NCBI RefSeq assembly: GCF_002087085.1 | Contig: NZ_MWQY01000004.1 | Coordinates: forward strand, 1 to 64,000 | Length of the DNA stretch: 64,000 nt | Direction of reading: 5' to 3' | Shown here: in pieces, positions 17,806 to 29,303 of the stretch | Layout of the letters: every line of letters begins with the position of its first letter | Position numbering within the stretch: position 1 is the first letter of the stretch | Position numbers and translations under genes: made by a program | Notes under the pieces: generated by a model | Database searches by the model: none | Told to the model about the DNA's origin: nothing | What the model saw: only the letters and a program-made list of their open reading frames with translations

Positions 17806-19838
17806 TTTTCCACCTCCCTGTTTCCTTCCCCGGTAAAGGTCCGGCGGATGTTCCTGCGCCTGGCTTCACGCAGCCGCCAGACCAGAAGACCGGCGACGAT
17901 TACCAGGAGCGGCATCCCGACCATGGCAAAACCCTTTACAAAACTCCGGTACCGGGGCGATGTATCCCCCAGGGGCATAAGGTTCAAGCCTTTGCTGCGG
18001 GTCAGGGGCAGCTCCTCGTTTCCGTTCATATAGTCAAGCATGTTCTGAATGAGAATGGCATTGGGACTTGTTCCCTGAGGGTCGACGAGCTGGGCCCCGG
18101 TAAGTTCGGAGCTTCCCGCCACAAGCAGCTTGCCCCTCCGGATTCCCCGCTCAATATGGCGGGAACCACTGATCCCCTCATCCAGGACCTCCGTTTCCAG
18201 GGGACCTTCAAAATAGCTCGGGAAGTAGCCCTCGGCAAGGATCATCAGGGGGTAGCTCTGCAGTTCCGAGTCCGCCGGGGGACTCATACCCATGGGATTC
18301 AGATCGATAGTATCCTCCATGGTCCAGGCTTCATCGGAGGAGCGGGCCAGTACCCGGAGGTCCACCTCCGCAGGCGGATTTTCCGCACCCTTCAGGCTGG
18401 AAGCTGCAAAGAACGCCACCTGTCCAAGATTCTTTGTGATGGGATGCTCCTGGTCCAGGCTCTTTTTCTCGAGAAGAGGTACGTAATAGAGGGGCATTTC
18501 GCCGAACTGCTGGCGTACAGTATAAGCATTTTTATCCAGAAGAATATTCTGCTCAAGCTCCACACCATAGCGGGAAAGCATTTTGGTAAGACCGTGGTTT
18601 ATGGGCAGGTACGATGGAGGAGCGTTCTGGGTCTGGACAATCTCGTAGGGATCCGCCAATACCATCAGGCTTCCTCCCTGCATCAGAAACTGGTCAAGGG
18701 CGTAGAGCTCCTTTTCGGGAATCGGAGATTTTGGCCCGTTGATTATCAGGGTATTGATTCCCGCGGGGATTTCATCCTGCTTCAGGTTGATTTCCCTGAA
18801 TTCATACAGATCGCTGCTCAAATTCCGAAAGACCCCGGCACCTCTCTGGCTGTCGTCCAGAGCTTTCTCGCCGTGCCCCGTCAGGTAGCCCACGGCGGGG
18901 TTATTGCTCAAGAGCCCTTCCAGGGCCCCCTCTATCCGTTCCTGTATATTCGAGAGCCCCGCCAGGGCATATCCGCCGAAGAGCTGCTGGGAAAGATCCA
19001 GAGGCAGGGTCTCAAAGCGGTCTCCCAGACGGAGAACCATGCCCACCGTGGCCTGGCGGTTCCGTCCGGGATTGTCCTGGTCCGGGTAGGATATCCGCTG
19101 AAAACCGTACTGTTCCCCCAGGGATGCCACCGCGGCATCCTGATCCACGGTTTCCACTCTCAGGTCCAGAATCCCGTTCTTTTCCGCGTTGACCGCCTGT
19201 ACAGCTTCCGTCACAAGGTCTTCCAGCTCATCGAAACCGGCAATGCGGTAGGAAGCCAGGGCGGGGCTGTAATACAGAACGGTCTCCACCTTTTCATCCA
19301 GGGCCGCTGCGGCCTCAACGGTACCCACCAGGCGGGAGATGGTGGTTGTAATCCGGTATTCCAGTCCCTCGGTGCCGGTGATCTCCTGCAGCTGGGCCAC
19401 CTCGTCGGCGTAGCTTACGGCAATACCCATGTAGGCGTTCCGGGACTGGAACTCGTCGCTCCTGACCTCCTGAACCTGAACGCTGCGGATACCGTAGGAG
19501 TCGGCGGTCTCCCGGCCCCCGTCGCTCTCCATATCCACCAGCTGATACCGGAAGTTGGGATTCCCCAGGGAATCGTATTCCGCAAGCAGGTCCCGGACAT
19601 AACGGGCCACGGTATTATAGGGTGCCGGAAGGTCCCGGGAAAAGAAGACCGAGACCGTCAGAGGCTCCCGGAGGGTGGCGATGGTCTCACGGCTGACGGA
19701 GGAGAGGGAGTAGGTATTCCCCTCTGTCAGGTCGATCCGGAAAAACCAGTCCAGGCAGACGAGATTGACCAGTACGATGACAACAAGCAGAAGCAGCCGG
19801 TTGCTGCGCTCGGAAGCAAGATATTCTTTAATTTTCAT
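17802..19838 (-). CDS. GldG-like ABC transporter auxiliary protein
   Basis: RIDLTEGNTYSLS, EYRIT, GYLTGHGE, LDQFLMQGG. Confidence 0.9.
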   Translation of the reverse strand: MKIKEYLASERSNRLLLLVVIVLVNLVCLDWFFRIDLTEGNTYSLSSVSRETIATLREPLTVSVFFSRDLPAPYNTVARYVRDLLAEYDSLGNPNFRYQLVDMESDGGRETADSYGIRSVQVQEVRSDEFQSRNAYMGIAVSYADEVAQLQEITGTEGLEYRITTTISRLVGTVEAAAALDEKVETVLYYSPALASYRIAGFDELEDLVTEAVQAVNAEKNGILDLRVETVDQDAAVASLGEQYGFQRISYPDQDNPGRNRQATVGMVLRLGDRFETLPLDLSQQLFGGYALAGLSNIQERIEGALEGLLSNNPAVGYLTGHGEKALDDSQRGAGVFRNLSSDLYEFREINLKQDEIPAGINTLIINGPKSPIPEKELYALDQFLMQGGSLMVLADPYEIVQTQNAPPSYLPINHGLTKMLSRYGVELEQNILLDKNAYTVRQQFGEMPLYYVPLLEKKSLDQEHPITKNLGQVAFFAASSLKGAENPPAEVDLRVLARSSDEAWTMEDTIDLNPMGMSPPADSELQSYPLMILAEGYFPSYFEGPLETEVLDEGISGSRHIERGIRRGKLLVAGSSELTGAQLVDPQGTSPNAILIQNMLDYMNGNEELPLTRSKGLNLMPLGDTSPRYRSFVKGFAMVGMPLLVIVAGLLVWRLREARRRNIRRTFTGEGNREVEK

Positions 19839-19841
19839 GCT

Positions 19842-20546
19842 CTACCTCCGTGCCTCTACGCCCCGGACAGCGCCGATCAGAAATACCAGACTCAAGGATA
19901 TAAAATAGACGAAGGCGCGGGAATCCAGGATCCCCCGGGAGATGGTCTCGAAGTGGTAGCCGGCGCTGAAGTATTCCAGAAAGCCCACCAGGAGCGGAGG
20001 AAGGAATACCATGAAACTGTCCATGAAGGTCAGCACCAGGCAGATGGAAAGGGCGGTAACGAAGGCCACGATCTGGTTGCCCGTTCTTGAGGAGGCATAA
20101 AGCCCCACCGCGGTGTAGGCCGCACCGAGAAAGAAGGCGCCGAGATACCCCCCGGCAACCGGACCGGGATCGATATCCCCGGCAGGGGCGATCAGCAGCA
20201 GATAGAGCAGCGTGGGCCCCAGTAAACCGCAGAGTATCCCCAGGGCTGCAAGGTATTTTCCCACAATGATCTTTTCCGCTCCCGCCGGAAGGGTTATCAG
20301 CGTCTCGATGGTGCCGCTCTTGAACTCCTCGGAGAGCATCCGCATGCTTACCGCGGGAAGAAAGAAGGAGAAAAACAGGGGAAGCAGCCGAAAGAAGCCC
20401 CGCAGTTCCGCCCGGTCGAAGATGAAAAAGGTGGGAAAAAAGAATACGGCGTTTATCAGCAGAAACAGAGCAATGACAATGTAGGCCATGGGGCTCTGAA
20501 AAAAGGAAGCAGCCTCGCGTCGGGCAATGATCAGTACCGTCTTCAT
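19842..20546 (-). CDS. GldF-like ABC-2 permease
   Basis: SPMAY, MRMLSEEFKSGTIETLITLP, GKY. Confidence 0.9.
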   Translation of the reverse strand: MKTVLIIARREAASFFQSPMAYIVIALFLLINAVFFFPTFFIFDRAELRGFFRLLPLFFSFFLPAVSMRMLSEEFKSGTIETLITLPAGAEKIIVGKYLAALGILCGLLGPTLLYLLLIAPAGDIDPGPVAGGYLGAFFLGAAYTAVGLYASSRTGNQIVAFVTALSICLVLTFMDSFMVFLPPLLVGFLEYFSAGYHFETISRGILDSRAFVYFISLSLVFLIGAVRGVEARR

Positions 20547-21493
20547 GCGGCACCCCCTTCTTCAGTTCCTTCAAGGGTTAGCCCCCGGAAGACATCCTCC
20601 AGAGAGTTCTTCTGCTGGCTCAGTTCATAGAGCTGCCAGCCCCTTTCCGCCACGCTGCGGGCAATAACAGGCCGCAGGTCCTCCTTCCCCTCCAGACTCA
20701 GCAACACCCCGGAAAGCCCGGCCTCGGCATCTCCGGCGGGATACGCATCCTTTACACCTTCAAGACTCCGCAGGCTCTGTTCAAGCTCCGCGGCGGAACA
20801 GCCGGAAACCTGAACCCGAATTGTAACGCTGCTGCCGAAACGGGCGGTCAGCTCCGTTGTGGGTGAGTCCGCCACCAGCCGTCCGTGGCTTACAATCATT
20901 ACCCTGTTGCAGAGGGTCTCAACCTCCGGAAGAATGTGGGTGGAGATTACAACCGTCTTGGTCCTGCCGATCTCCTTTATAAGCCTGCGGACTTCAATTA
21001 TCTGGTTCGGATCCAGGCCGGAGGTCGGTTCATCCAGAATAAGCACGTCCGGATCATGTATAAGGGCAAAGGCAAGGCCTACGCGCTGCTTGTAGCCCCG
21101 GGAGAGGTTTTCAACATTCTTGTGCATTACGTCTTCAAGGGCGCACATTCCGGCTACCGTTCTGATTCTCTCAATGCTGTCGATTCCATGCATGGCCGCA
21201 GCATAGCGAAGAAAATCGTAAACCATCATATCGCCGTAAAAGGGAGCCATCTCCGGAAGATACCCGATCATGTTCTTTACCTTTTCGGGTTCCGTCTGAA
21301 CATTGATATCCCCTATCCGGACCGCCCCCCTGCTTGGTTCAAGGTATCCTGTTATCATTCGCATGGTCGTGGTTTTTCCGGCGCCGTTGGGTCCCAGGAG
21401 CCCGACAATTTCTCCCTTGGGAATGGAGAAGGACAGGTCGTCCACGGCGCAGAAGTCACCGAAGTAGCGGGTCACATTGGCAACATCGATCAT
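20543..21493 (-). CDS. GldA-like ABC ATP-binding protein
   Basis: GPNGAGKTT, LSRGYKQRVG, ILDEPTSGLDPNQ. Confidence 0.93.
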   Translation of the reverse strand: MIDVANVTRYFGDFCAVDDLSFSIPKGEIVGLLGPNGAGKTTTMRMITGYLEPSRGAVRIGDINVQTEPEKVKNMIGYLPEMAPFYGDMMVYDFLRYAAAMHGIDSIERIRTVAGMCALEDVMHKNVENLSRGYKQRVGLAFALIHDPDVLILDEPTSGLDPNQIIEVRRLIKEIGRTKTVVISTHILPEVETLCNRVMIVSHGRLVADSPTTELTARFGSSVTIRVQVSGCSAAELEQSLRSLEGVKDAYPAGDAEAGLSGVLLSLEGKEDLRPVIARSVAERGWQLYELSQQKNSLEDVFRGLTLEGTEEGGAA

Positions 21494-21584
21494 TAATCGT
21501 GCCTCCTGCTATGAGAAAAATACGTTCTTCCTTCGTTTAACTGATAAAATACCGCAAAGACCCGTTTTTCTGCAAGATGTATTT

Positions 21585-22244
21585 CTATTTTGAGCCGGCA
21601 ATCTCGATCCCAAAGGGAGTTTCTTTTATGGAACAGGTTCCAAAGCGTGTCCCGCTGAAAACAGCAGTGATTTCATGTGCCGTATAAGCCGCACGAACGG
21701 AAGTTTCAAGTCCCCTTTTAACGGCCTTCCCTTTTACCATGAGCTTCATAAAAAGAAGAATCAGCACATTCATGCTACGTTTCAGATCACTGATAAAGAA
21801 TTTCCCTCCGGGTTTCAGAACACGGTAGATCTCGTCAATAACTCTGCCCGGATTCTCCCACTCATGGAGGGAGCCGTTGGAGAAAACCGCATCCACGCTC
21901 TCATTTTCCAGGGGAATATCCATAACGGTGGCGTGCAGGTATTCTGCACGTTCCTGCAGTCTGTACTCCTTCCTGTTCCTTTCGGCTACAGCGATCATGG
22001 CCGGACTGATATCCACCCCGACAAGGGAAGTATTCTCTGTCTCCTGCAGCCATTCAAGACCCAGGTATCCCGGCCCGGGACCCAGTTCAAGGACACGTCC
22101 AGACGAGATTCCTGCCTTCAGAATGCTCTTCGTCTCCATAAGCCCGCGGTCCCTGAGACCTCTCTGCATGATATCATACTGCTCCACCGTGGCTTCTTCC
22201 CGGATTCCTTCTGTTGTTTCGATCACTCTTTTCTTCTTCATCAT
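21585..22244 (-). CDS. class I SAM-dependent methyltransferase
   Basis: VLELGPGPG, VDIS, LKPGG. Confidence 0.9.
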   Translation of the reverse strand: MMKKKRVIETTEGIREEATVEQYDIMQRGLRDRGLMETKSILKAGISSGRVLELGPGPGYLGLEWLQETENTSLVGVDISPAMIAVAERNRKEYRLQERAEYLHATVMDIPLENESVDAVFSNGSLHEWENPGRVIDEIYRVLKPGGKFFISDLKRSMNVLILLFMKLMVKGKAVKRGLETSVRAAYTAHEITAVFSGTRFGTCSIKETPFGIEIAGSK

Positions 22245-22265
22245 TTTCTCCTTATATCATATTGT

Positions 22266-22283
22266 ATATACAACCTTGTATAT
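22266..22283. promoter_or_regulatory. putative PadR operator
   Basis: Palindrome ATATACAA-CC-TTGTATAT upstream of the methyltransferase; second copy upstream of padR. Confidence 0.75.
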
Positions 22284-22295
22284 TGTGACAAAAAA

Positions 22296-22832
22296 TTACA
22301 GCCGATCAAGCTCAATCCCCGCTAAAACCTCCTCAAGCCAGGCAAGTTCGGCCCTTACATGATGCCGGGTATGGGAAAAGATAGCCCCCGCAACAGGTGG
22401 AACCCTGGGATCGGAACGCATCTCCTTTTCATGCCCGCCAAGATAGTCGAGGGTCCGTCGTGTATCTTCAAGGCGTTTCCGGATAAACTTCAGCTGCTCT
22501 TCCCTGGACAACTCCTTCAGAAAGAACAGGGCAATGTCAAAGGGATAATAAACTCGGTCCTCCCTTGTCCAGGCGTCCCGCAGAAGAGAACGGAACTCAT
22601 CCTTACCATCATCGGTCAGCTCATATACCCGTCGGGAGGGTCTGCCCTTCTCCTGTTCGACAGCCAGCTCCCGGACAAGCCCCTCCTCGGTAAGCTTTCG
22701 CAGAGCAAAGTAGATTGAACCGAAGGCGATACTCGTCCAGTCGCCCATGAACTGCTCAATTATGCTCTTGAGTTCATATCCGTAAAGGGGCCTCTCCTTG
22801 AGGAGTCCGAGTATTGCCAGTCGCGTTGACAT
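22296..22832 (-). CDS. PadR-family regulator
   Basis: AILGLL...YGYEL...GSIY..L.KL...G, YELT..G; ATG at 22832. Confidence 0.92.
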   Translation of the reverse strand: MSTRLAILGLLKERPLYGYELKSIIEQFMGDWTSIAFGSIYFALRKLTEEGLVRELAVEQEKGRPSRRVYELTDDGKDEFRSLLRDAWTREDRVYYPFDIALFFLKELSREEQLKFIRKRLEDTRRTLDYLGGHEKEMRSDPRVPPVAGAIFSHTRHHVRAELAWLEEVLAGIELDRL

Positions 22833-22844
22833 TTCTTCCCTCAC

Positions 22845-22860
22845 TATACAAGCTTGTATA
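22845..22860. promoter_or_regulatory. putative PadR operator (autoregulatory)
   Basis: TATACAA-GC-TTGTATA palindrome; minus-strand TTGACA at 22888-22883. Confidence 0.75.
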
Positions 22861-22916
22861 TTATCGATTGAAATCTGCGCAGTGTCAAGCCTATCCTTCG
22901 ATGGAGAGGCCCTGAA

Positions 22917-24710
22917 TCAGACCTTGAAGCGACGGACTTCCCGGATAAGAGACTCGATACTCTCCCTGTTCTCCCGGCTTATATCGTTGACCTTGTTTAC
23001 GCTGATACTGATCTCCTCGGCTCCGGCGGCCATTTCGCTGATGCTTCCGTTTACCTCTTCGGTTATCCTGCTCAGCATTTCCGTCTCTTTCATGACCTCT
23101 CTGGTTCCGTTGAGCATTTCTTCGGCTCCCGACTGCACTTCCGTTGTTACACCGTTCAACTCTCCGATGGCACTCAGGATTTCCCGGCTGCCGGCACTCT
23201 GTTCTTCCATGGCGTTGCGGATTACCTGTTCCCGTTCAGATACGGTCTTTATTTTTCCGTCTATGTCCTCAAACTTCACCAGAACGGAAGCCGCGGCTTT
23301 ATCGATTCCATCCATGGCGTCACGGATTTTCTTCAGGGCGGCGGAGACTGTTTTGGACTGGTTTCCGGAAGATTCCGCGAGCTTTCTTATCTCGTCCGCC
23401 ACAACGGCAAAACCCTTTCCTGACTCACCGGCATGGGCCGCCTCGATAGCGGCGTTCATGGACAGAAGGTTGGTCTGACTGGCGATGTCCTCGATGACGG
23501 TGCTGATCTCCAGCAACTCCTCCGACTCCCGGGCAATTCTGCGGATGCTGGCGGAAACCTCCTTCAGATCCTCACGCCCTTCAGCAGAGGCGTCACTCAG
23601 GCGAATTACGTCTTCCGAATTGTCCGCCAGGATTTTACTTACCGAGGAAATATTCGACAGCATCTCCTCTATTGCCGAGGAGGACTGGGTAACACTGGCG
23701 GCCTGCCGTTCGATAAGGGAGTTTAAATCCCGGATATTCCCGGTGATCTGTTCAATAACGGCACTTGTTTCCGTTGCCCCGGCCGCCTGGCTTTCCGTCT
23801 GATTTCTGATGCTCTGGATATTGGCACTGATCTGGTTAATCGAAGCGGCTGTCTCCGTCATGTTGGAAGCCAGTTCAATACCAACCCTGGACAGAACCTC
23901 CGTTTGTTGCGTAATCAGGCGTATTAAATCCGAGACTTTTATGAAGGTCTTGTTCAGTACACGGGCCATGGTACCTATTTCATCAAAACTCCTGAAATCA
24001 AGCCTTCGGGTAAGGTCTGTGAGCTCCCCCTTTCTGATCTCATTGAGCATTCCCACCACCTGCCGCACGGGAGCGATGACCTGTCCGGCCAGGATCCTGA
24101 TATTGAGGGCGGCGATTACGAGAGAAACAAGCAGCACAACAGCGTTTTTCCGTATCAGCGAGGAAAGGACCAGCCCTTCCCTAAAGGAGTTGAGCACTGC
24201 GATATTGAAGATAAAAAGAAAAAACGTCGCTCCAAAAAAGGTATAGATGGTGCTGATGCCGAGCTTCCAGCGGAAGCTGACCACCGTCTCCTTGCTGTCG
24301 CTATCCTTTTCGGCAATGAACTTCTCCAGCATCCTCGTGCTTATCATGATATGGGGAACGCTGAACAGGAAGATCAGGGGTATTGAAAGAAGGTTCGACA
24401 GGATAATTTGCTGAAGGGAGATTCCATCTATCCCGAACAGTCCCGTATTCGGCCCTATGAAGCAGAACACAAAAATCGACAGAAGGTAGAAATTCGGAAT
24501 GCCGCGCCGTTTCTCCCGGCGCAGGAGCTTCCCCCGGAGAATGAAAAAAATACCTGCAATAAAAACGAGAGCATACACTCCCTGCAGCGGGTTTGTAACA
24601 ACCGTCTGAAAAGTGTCCCCGGTCAGAATACCGCTGTAATTGACAAACAGGTTCCAGACCAGAGGGGGAACAAGATATCCGGTCAGATAGATAATGAGTA
24701 GTCTCTTCAT
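22917..24710 (-). CDS. methyl-accepting chemotaxis protein with multi-TM N-terminus
   Basis: [35 protein letters not shown]; start uncertain. Confidence 0.92.
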   Translation of the reverse strand: MKRLLIIYLTGYLVPPLVWNLFVNYSGILTGDTFQTVVTNPLQGVYALVFIAGIFFILRGKLLRREKRRGIPNFYLLSIFVFCFIGPNTGLFGIDGISLQQIILSNLLSIPLIFLFSVPHIMISTRMLEKFIAEKDSDSKETVVSFRWKLGISTIYTFFGATFFLFIFNIAVLNSFREGLVLSSLIRKNAVVLLVSLVIAALNIRILAGQVIAPVRQVVGMLNEIRKGELTDLTRRLDFRSFDEIGTMARVLNKTFIKVSDLIRLITQQTEVLSRVGIELASNMTETAASINQISANIQSIRNQTESQAAGATETSAVIEQITGNIRDLNSLIERQAASVTQSSSAIEEMLSNISSVSKILADNSEDVIRLSDASAEGREDLKEVSASIRRIARESEELLEISTVIEDIASQTNLLSMNAAIEAAHAGESGKGFAVVADEIRKLAESSGNQSKTVSAALKKIRDAMDGIDKAAASVLVKFEDIDGKIKTVSEREQVIRNAMEEQSAGSREILSAIGELNGVTTEVQSGAEEMLNGTREVMKETEMLSRITEEVNGSISEMAAGAEEISISVNKVNDISRENRESIESLIREVRRFKV

Positions 24711-24929
24711 AACAGGGATACTATACTTGACATTTTGGAAGCTGAGAAGGGTGGATGGAATTATCCGGAGCATGCAGGAGATTGACCTGAGGGAGAAACT
24801 CCTGCGCTATCCCGTACCGGAAGGGCTTACACCGGACGCCACAAGCCGGTATACGAAGGGTGTAAAAATCCGCCCTGAAGAACGACACTGGAGCATTTTC
24901 CGGGACCTGTGTTCTTCAGGGCATTCGGA

Positions 24930-25859
24930 TCAGCTCAGCAGGCCCTGGATAATCAGGTCCGTCGCGTCTTCCTCGTCCAGTCCCCTGGCCATAAGGGTCT
25001 GGAGCTGTTTTGAATCCACCGAACCGATGGCCGCTTCATGGGTCACGTGGGCCAGGGGATGGTTTACCGAAACGATGGGAATCGCCCTGGCCTTACCCCG
25101 GTCCTGAACAATCTCCTTGCAGTCCACATGCCCCCTGCAGCCCGGGGCATTGGCGGAAAGATCGCTGTAAATCTCCGCGGAGGCATCCCCCCGTACCGCC
25201 AGGTGGCTGACCAGGACCCCGGTGGCCCCTTCTCCGTTGAGTTCCGCAGCCTCCCTGATCTTTACCCTGTCATCTTCCCGGGCGTAGATCCTGGCAAGCA
25301 TGTCCAGCTGGCTGCGGGCTTCAGCTGTTGCAGAATAGTCCATGTCCAGAATGCCCACCCGCCCCTTTAACAGCTCGAACTCGGTTTTAAACCGGGCACC
25401 TTCCGCCAGGCGTATCACCGATTTGGGTACCACGTTAATCCCTCCGTTCTCGGCGTGTACATGGCGTTCAAAATAGGAGTACCTGGCGTTGGGGCCGACG
25501 TTCAGGCGGGCGTCCATCAGATGCTGTACATCCACGGCATTGGGAAAGCTGCAGTGGGCCAGAAAGGAGACCGCAGCGCCCTCTTCAACGTCCACGGCCA
25601 TGTCGATCTTCTGAATCCCTTCCTCAGGGAGCATGCCGAAGCAGAGGTGTACCGGCTTTTCGAAGCGGTAACCCGCCTCGACCCGAACCCGTACTATGAT
25701 GCCGTCCCCGGAAGTATCCGTCTCCAGGTAAAAACCGGGGACGGAGCCGGAACCGAGTATACGGTTTCCGTCTATCTCCAGATGGGCGGTCCCGTCAAGA
25801 TTGTGCTTGTGCATGTTGATTGAGGAGAGAAGTTTCTCCAGGGCGGGATCAGCGCTCAC
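24930..25859 (-). CDS. SufB/SufD-family protein (SmsB-like)
   Basis: GHVDCKEIV, AIP, THEAAIG, LMARGL.EEDA; GTG start with GGAGG overlapping the upstream stop. Confidence 0.88.
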   Translation of the reverse strand: MSADPALEKLLSSINMHKHNLDGTAHLEIDGNRILGSGSVPGFYLETDTSGDGIIVRVRVEAGYRFEKPVHLCFGMLPEEGIQKIDMAVDVEEGAAVSFLAHCSFPNAVDVQHLMDARLNVGPNARYSYFERHVHAENGGINVVPKSVIRLAEGARFKTEFELLKGRVGILDMDYSATAEARSQLDMLARIYAREDDRVKIREAAELNGEGATGVLVSHLAVRGDASAEIYSDLSANAPGCRGHVDCKEIVQDRGKARAIPIVSVNHPLAHVTHEAAIGSVDSKQLQTLMARGLDEEDATDLIIQGLLS

Positions 25860-26611
25860 TGAATGCCTCCTTTTCCGTCGAAAAGCTCCGTCAGTTCCGG
25901 GGCATTCTTGTGGGTGCAGGGGATGCACTTGCCGCCGAAATAGGCCAGCATTCTGGCGGTGGGACCCTTGTCCATCAGGTTTCCGTGACAGAGCAGAAAA
26001 GCATGGTCCGATCGGCGTAAGACCTCGGCACTGTGGGTTATCAAAATTATGGTGGTTCCTTTCTCCCTGAGCTGATCTATGACGCTGAAGATATAGTTGA
26101 CCGCCTCGATATCCACCCCTGAATCGGGTTCATCCATCAGCACGACCTCCGGGTCCATGACGATTATGGATGCAAGCTCTATGCGTTTCCGTTCGCCTCC
26201 GCTCAGGGTCTTGTCCACCCGTCGGCTGCGATAGCGCCCGGGAGAGAGCCCCACCAGCTCCAGGGCTGCGTCGATCTCCTGAACTGAGGCGCCGGGCTTT
26301 CCGGCTCCTATGAAGGCGCCCACCCCCAACCCCTCGAATCTGGCAGGTTCCTGCCAGGCCAGGGTAATCCCCAGCCGGGCCCTCTGGTTCACCGTCAGTC
26401 CCTTTATGGATTTACCCTTGAAGCGAATATCTCCTTCGTGGTGTTCATAGCCCGCCAGTCCCATGATCGTCATGGCCAGGGTCGATTTACCCGCACCGTT
26501 GGGCCCCACCACGGCGTGTACATGGCCTTCCCAGAAGTCGAGATCAAGGTTGTTCAATATGCGATGGCCGTCCAGTTCAAGACTGACCTTGTCAAATTCG
26601 AGAATTCCCAT
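25856..26611 (-). CDS. sufC: SufC-like ATPase (SmsC-like)
   Basis: GPNGAGKST, AWQEP, LSGGERKRIE, DEPDSG; C-terminal C..C. Confidence 0.88.
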   Translation of the reverse strand: MGILEFDKVSLELDGHRILNNLDLDFWEGHVHAVVGPNGAGKSTLAMTIMGLAGYEHHEGDIRFKGKSIKGLTVNQRARLGITLAWQEPARFEGLGVGAFIGAGKPGASVQEIDAALELVGLSPGRYRSRRVDKTLSGGERKRIELASIIVMDPEVVLMDEPDSGVDIEAVNYIFSVIDQLREKGTTIILITHSAEVLRRSDHAFLLCHGNLMDKGPTARMLAYFGGKCIPCTHKNAPELTELFDGKGGIQ

Positions 26612-26784
26612 TTTAAATCCTTGTATGATAGTCCTTCCCCCATACTACTCCTATTTCCGGGGCTTTCACAAGATTGAACGGTCCCGACGGAAGGTAATTT
26701 GCCAAATAGTTCCAGTTGTTCCAAATCATGAGGGCACTGATACTGTTGACTTCGACGGTGCCAATCGCTACTTTTAATACCAAC

Positions 26785-28650
26785 ATGCAAACACCAGATA
26801 ATGAACACAAGGGGGACTCCCCCAAAAACAACGGGAATTTTCCCTTTCCCTTCGGCAACGGTAAATTCAGATTCAATCCGTTTCTGCTCGGAATTCTGCT
26901 GCTCTTTCTTGTTCCGGGTATCGTAAACTTCATGATGCGGGACACAACGTCCAACCGGATCAGCTACAGCCGTTTCCGGGCAATGGTCCAGGAAGGAGCT
27001 GTCTCCCAGGTTACCGTAACAGACCGTACCATCGAAGGTATGAGCGATATCGGGCCCTTTGTCACCTATTATCCCTCCTTCGGGGATGAGGCCCTTATGA
27101 ACCTGCTGGAATCCAATAACGTTGTGGTGGAGACTAAACCACCCCAGGATTTTTCGATGCTCTCGATAATCCTGAACCTTCTGCCTTTGCTGCTCCTGGT
27201 ATGGATCGGCCTGCGGATGTTCCGGGGAATGAACAACCAGGGAAAAAATATCTTCAGCGTGGGTCAGAATAAAGCCAAGCTCTTCGAAAAGACCAAGGAA
27301 TCCGTCCTTTTTAAAGACGTTGCCGGCCTCGACAGCGCCAAGGAAGAGATCCAGGAGGTGGTGGATTACCTGAAATCCCCGGACCGTTACGCCTCCATGG
27401 GGGCCAAGATTCCCCGGGGAATCCTGCTTGTCGGTCCTCCCGGTACGGGCAAAACCCTGATCGCCAGAGCCATTGCCGGTGAAGCGGACGTTCCCTTTTA
27501 CCACATCAGCGGTTCCGATTTCATGGAGATGTTCGTGGGCGTCGGCGCCTCCAGGGTGCGGAACCTCTTCGCCGATGCCAAGAAGAACTCACCGTCCATC
27601 ATCTTCATCGATGAGCTCGACTCCGTGGGACGCCACAGGGGCGCAGGACTCGGCGGCGGTCACGACGAAAGGGAGCAGACCCTGAATCAGATGCTCTCGG
27701 AACTGGACGGCTTTGAAAAAAACGACTCCACCATTGTGCTGGCGGCCACCAACCGTCCGGACATCCTTGATCCTGCACTGCTGCGTCCGGGCCGTTTTGA
27801 CCGACGGATCACCATCGGGCTGCCGTCAATGAAGGACCGGATCAAGATCCTGGAGATCCACGCCAACCATAAACCCCTGGCGGATGACATAAATATGGAG
27901 AAAATCGCCCAGGGAACCCCCGGATTTTCCGGAGCGGAGCTGGAGAACCTTCTGAACGAATCGGCCATCCTGGCCACCCGCCGCAGGGTCGAAAAGATCA
28001 CCATGGAACTTATCGAAGAGGCCCGGGACAAGGTAATGATGGGACTGGAACGGAAAAACCTGACGGTTACCGAAGAAGAGAAAAGGATAATCGCCTACCA
28101 CGAGGCAGGCCATGCCGTGGCTGCCGCCGCGCTGCCGAATACCGATCCCCTCATCAAGGTTACGGTAATTCCCCGGGACTACGCCATGGGCGTGACGGTC
28201 CAGATGCCCAAGGAGGAGCAGTATATCTACAACAAGCATTATCTGACCGACCGGTTGAAGGTCCTGCTGGGCGGCCGTTCGGCGGAGATGCTGGTCTTCG
28301 GCAACGAGACCTCCGGGGCCGCCAACGACCTTAAGGAGGCATCGAAACTCGCCAGAAAAATGGTAACAGAGTGGGGCATGGGAGAGACCCTGCAGCTTTT
28401 AACTGCCAACCAGGACCACACGAACGTTTTTCTTGGGGAGCAGATCGCCCAGGGCAGAGAGTTCAGCGAAGCTACAATGCAGGAGATCGACAAGGAGATC
28501 AGAACACTGCTATCCAAGGCCTACGAGGCCACCAACGAGCTCCTGACCCGTTTCCGCGCGGCCCTCGACCAGGTTGCAGATCGTCTTTTAAAGGAAGAAC
28601 AGATCTCCGGAGACGAGGTCAACCGGATAGTCGCAGAAATCGCCGGATAG
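26785..28650 (+). CDS. ftsH: ATP-dependent zinc metalloprotease FtsH
   Basis: [33 protein letters not shown]. Confidence 0.96.
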   Translation: MQTPDNEHKGDSPKNNGNFPFPFGNGKFRFNPFLLGILLLFLVPGIVNFMMRDTTSNRISYSRFRAMVQEGAVSQVTVTDRTIEGMSDIGPFVTYYPSFGDEALMNLLESNNVVVETKPPQDFSMLSIILNLLPLLLLVWIGLRMFRGMNNQGKNIFSVGQNKAKLFEKTKESVLFKDVAGLDSAKEEIQEVVDYLKSPDRYASMGAKIPRGILLVGPPGTGKTLIARAIAGEADVPFYHISGSDFMEMFVGVGASRVRNLFADAKKNSPSIIFIDELDSVGRHRGAGLGGGHDEREQTLNQMLSELDGFEKNDSTIVLAATNRPDILDPALLRPGRFDRRITIGLPSMKDRIKILEIHANHKPLADDINMEKIAQGTPGFSGAELENLLNESAILATRRRVEKITMELIEEARDKVMMGLERKNLTVTEEEKRIIAYHEAGHAVAAAALPNTDPLIKVTVIPRDYAMGVTVQMPKEEQYIYNKHYLTDRLKVLLGGRSAEMLVFGNETSGAANDLKEASKLARKMVTEWGMGETLQLLTANQDHTNVFLGEQIAQGREFSEATMQEIDKEIRTLLSKAYEATNELLTRFRAALDQVADRLLKEEQISGDEVNRIVAEIAG

Positions 28651-28653
28651 AAT

Positions 28654-28689
28654 AATGGGGGGTGTCTAAAAAACAGACACCCACTCATT
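28654..28689. terminator. hairpin between convergent genes
   Basis: GGGTGTCT-loop-AGACACCC with extended flanking pairing. Confidence 0.6.
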
Positions 28690-29210
28690 CAGTTCCCCGC
28701 AAGCTGGGCCACCAGGGCGTCCACGTCGTCCTGGTGGATATCCGCCCGGCGTTCAAAAGCGAGCTCCTGGTTTGCAGCCCGGAGTTTTCGCAGCAGGCTG
28801 TAGATAATCAGCATAAGGATCTTGTTTCCCGCCCTGGGATAATCCCTGATGAACTCCATCATTTCCGGCCGCTGTATTCGCAGCAGCACTGTATCCTCCG
28901 CGGCAATCACATCGGCGGTGCGTTTGAGCTTCATGAACATGGCCGCTTCACCGAATACATCCCCCGGGCCTATGGCGCTGATAAAGACATCGCTCCCTTT
29001 CTGCTGGACGGTGACGTTGACAGTCCCCCTGATCACAATAAAAAATGACGGGTCCACGTCCCCCTCGAGGACAATCTTTTCGTTTTCGGTATAGGAGATA
29101 ATCTCCGATCGCTCGGCAAATTTGGCAATTTCATCATTATTTAATGGGCGGAACAGCAGCAGAGAACGAAGCTCGCCGCTGTATTTCTGTTTATCTGATA
29201 ATCTCTGCAT
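28689..29210 (-). CDS. cyclic nucleotide-binding domain protein
   Basis: GDVFGE..., RTADV; no HTH. Confidence 0.88.
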   Translation of the reverse strand: MQRLSDKQKYSGELRSLLLFRPLNNDEIAKFAERSEIISYTENEKIVLEGDVDPSFFIVIRGTVNVTVQQKGSDVFISAIGPGDVFGEAAMFMKLKRTADVIAAEDTVLLRIQRPEMMEFIRDYPRAGNKILMLIIYSLLRKLRAANQELAFERRADIHQDDVDALVAQLAGN

Positions 29211-29303
29211 CCGGTGTCTCCTGTTAATCAGTATAATAATAATCGCCGAATGCGCAAGGAACGGAATGATTTTTTCGATTCCAGGACATATACTGTCATC
29301 ATC

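Noticed and set aside
17688..20090. 800-aa plus-strand ORF
   Set aside because: Antisense shadow of the well-supported gldG/gldF-like genes; such shadows are common at this GC content.
24711..24929. c-di-GMP riboswitch upstream of the chemoreceptor
   Set aside because: Hairpins are present, but one fits a terminator for the sufB-like gene and the GEMM consensus was not recognisable.
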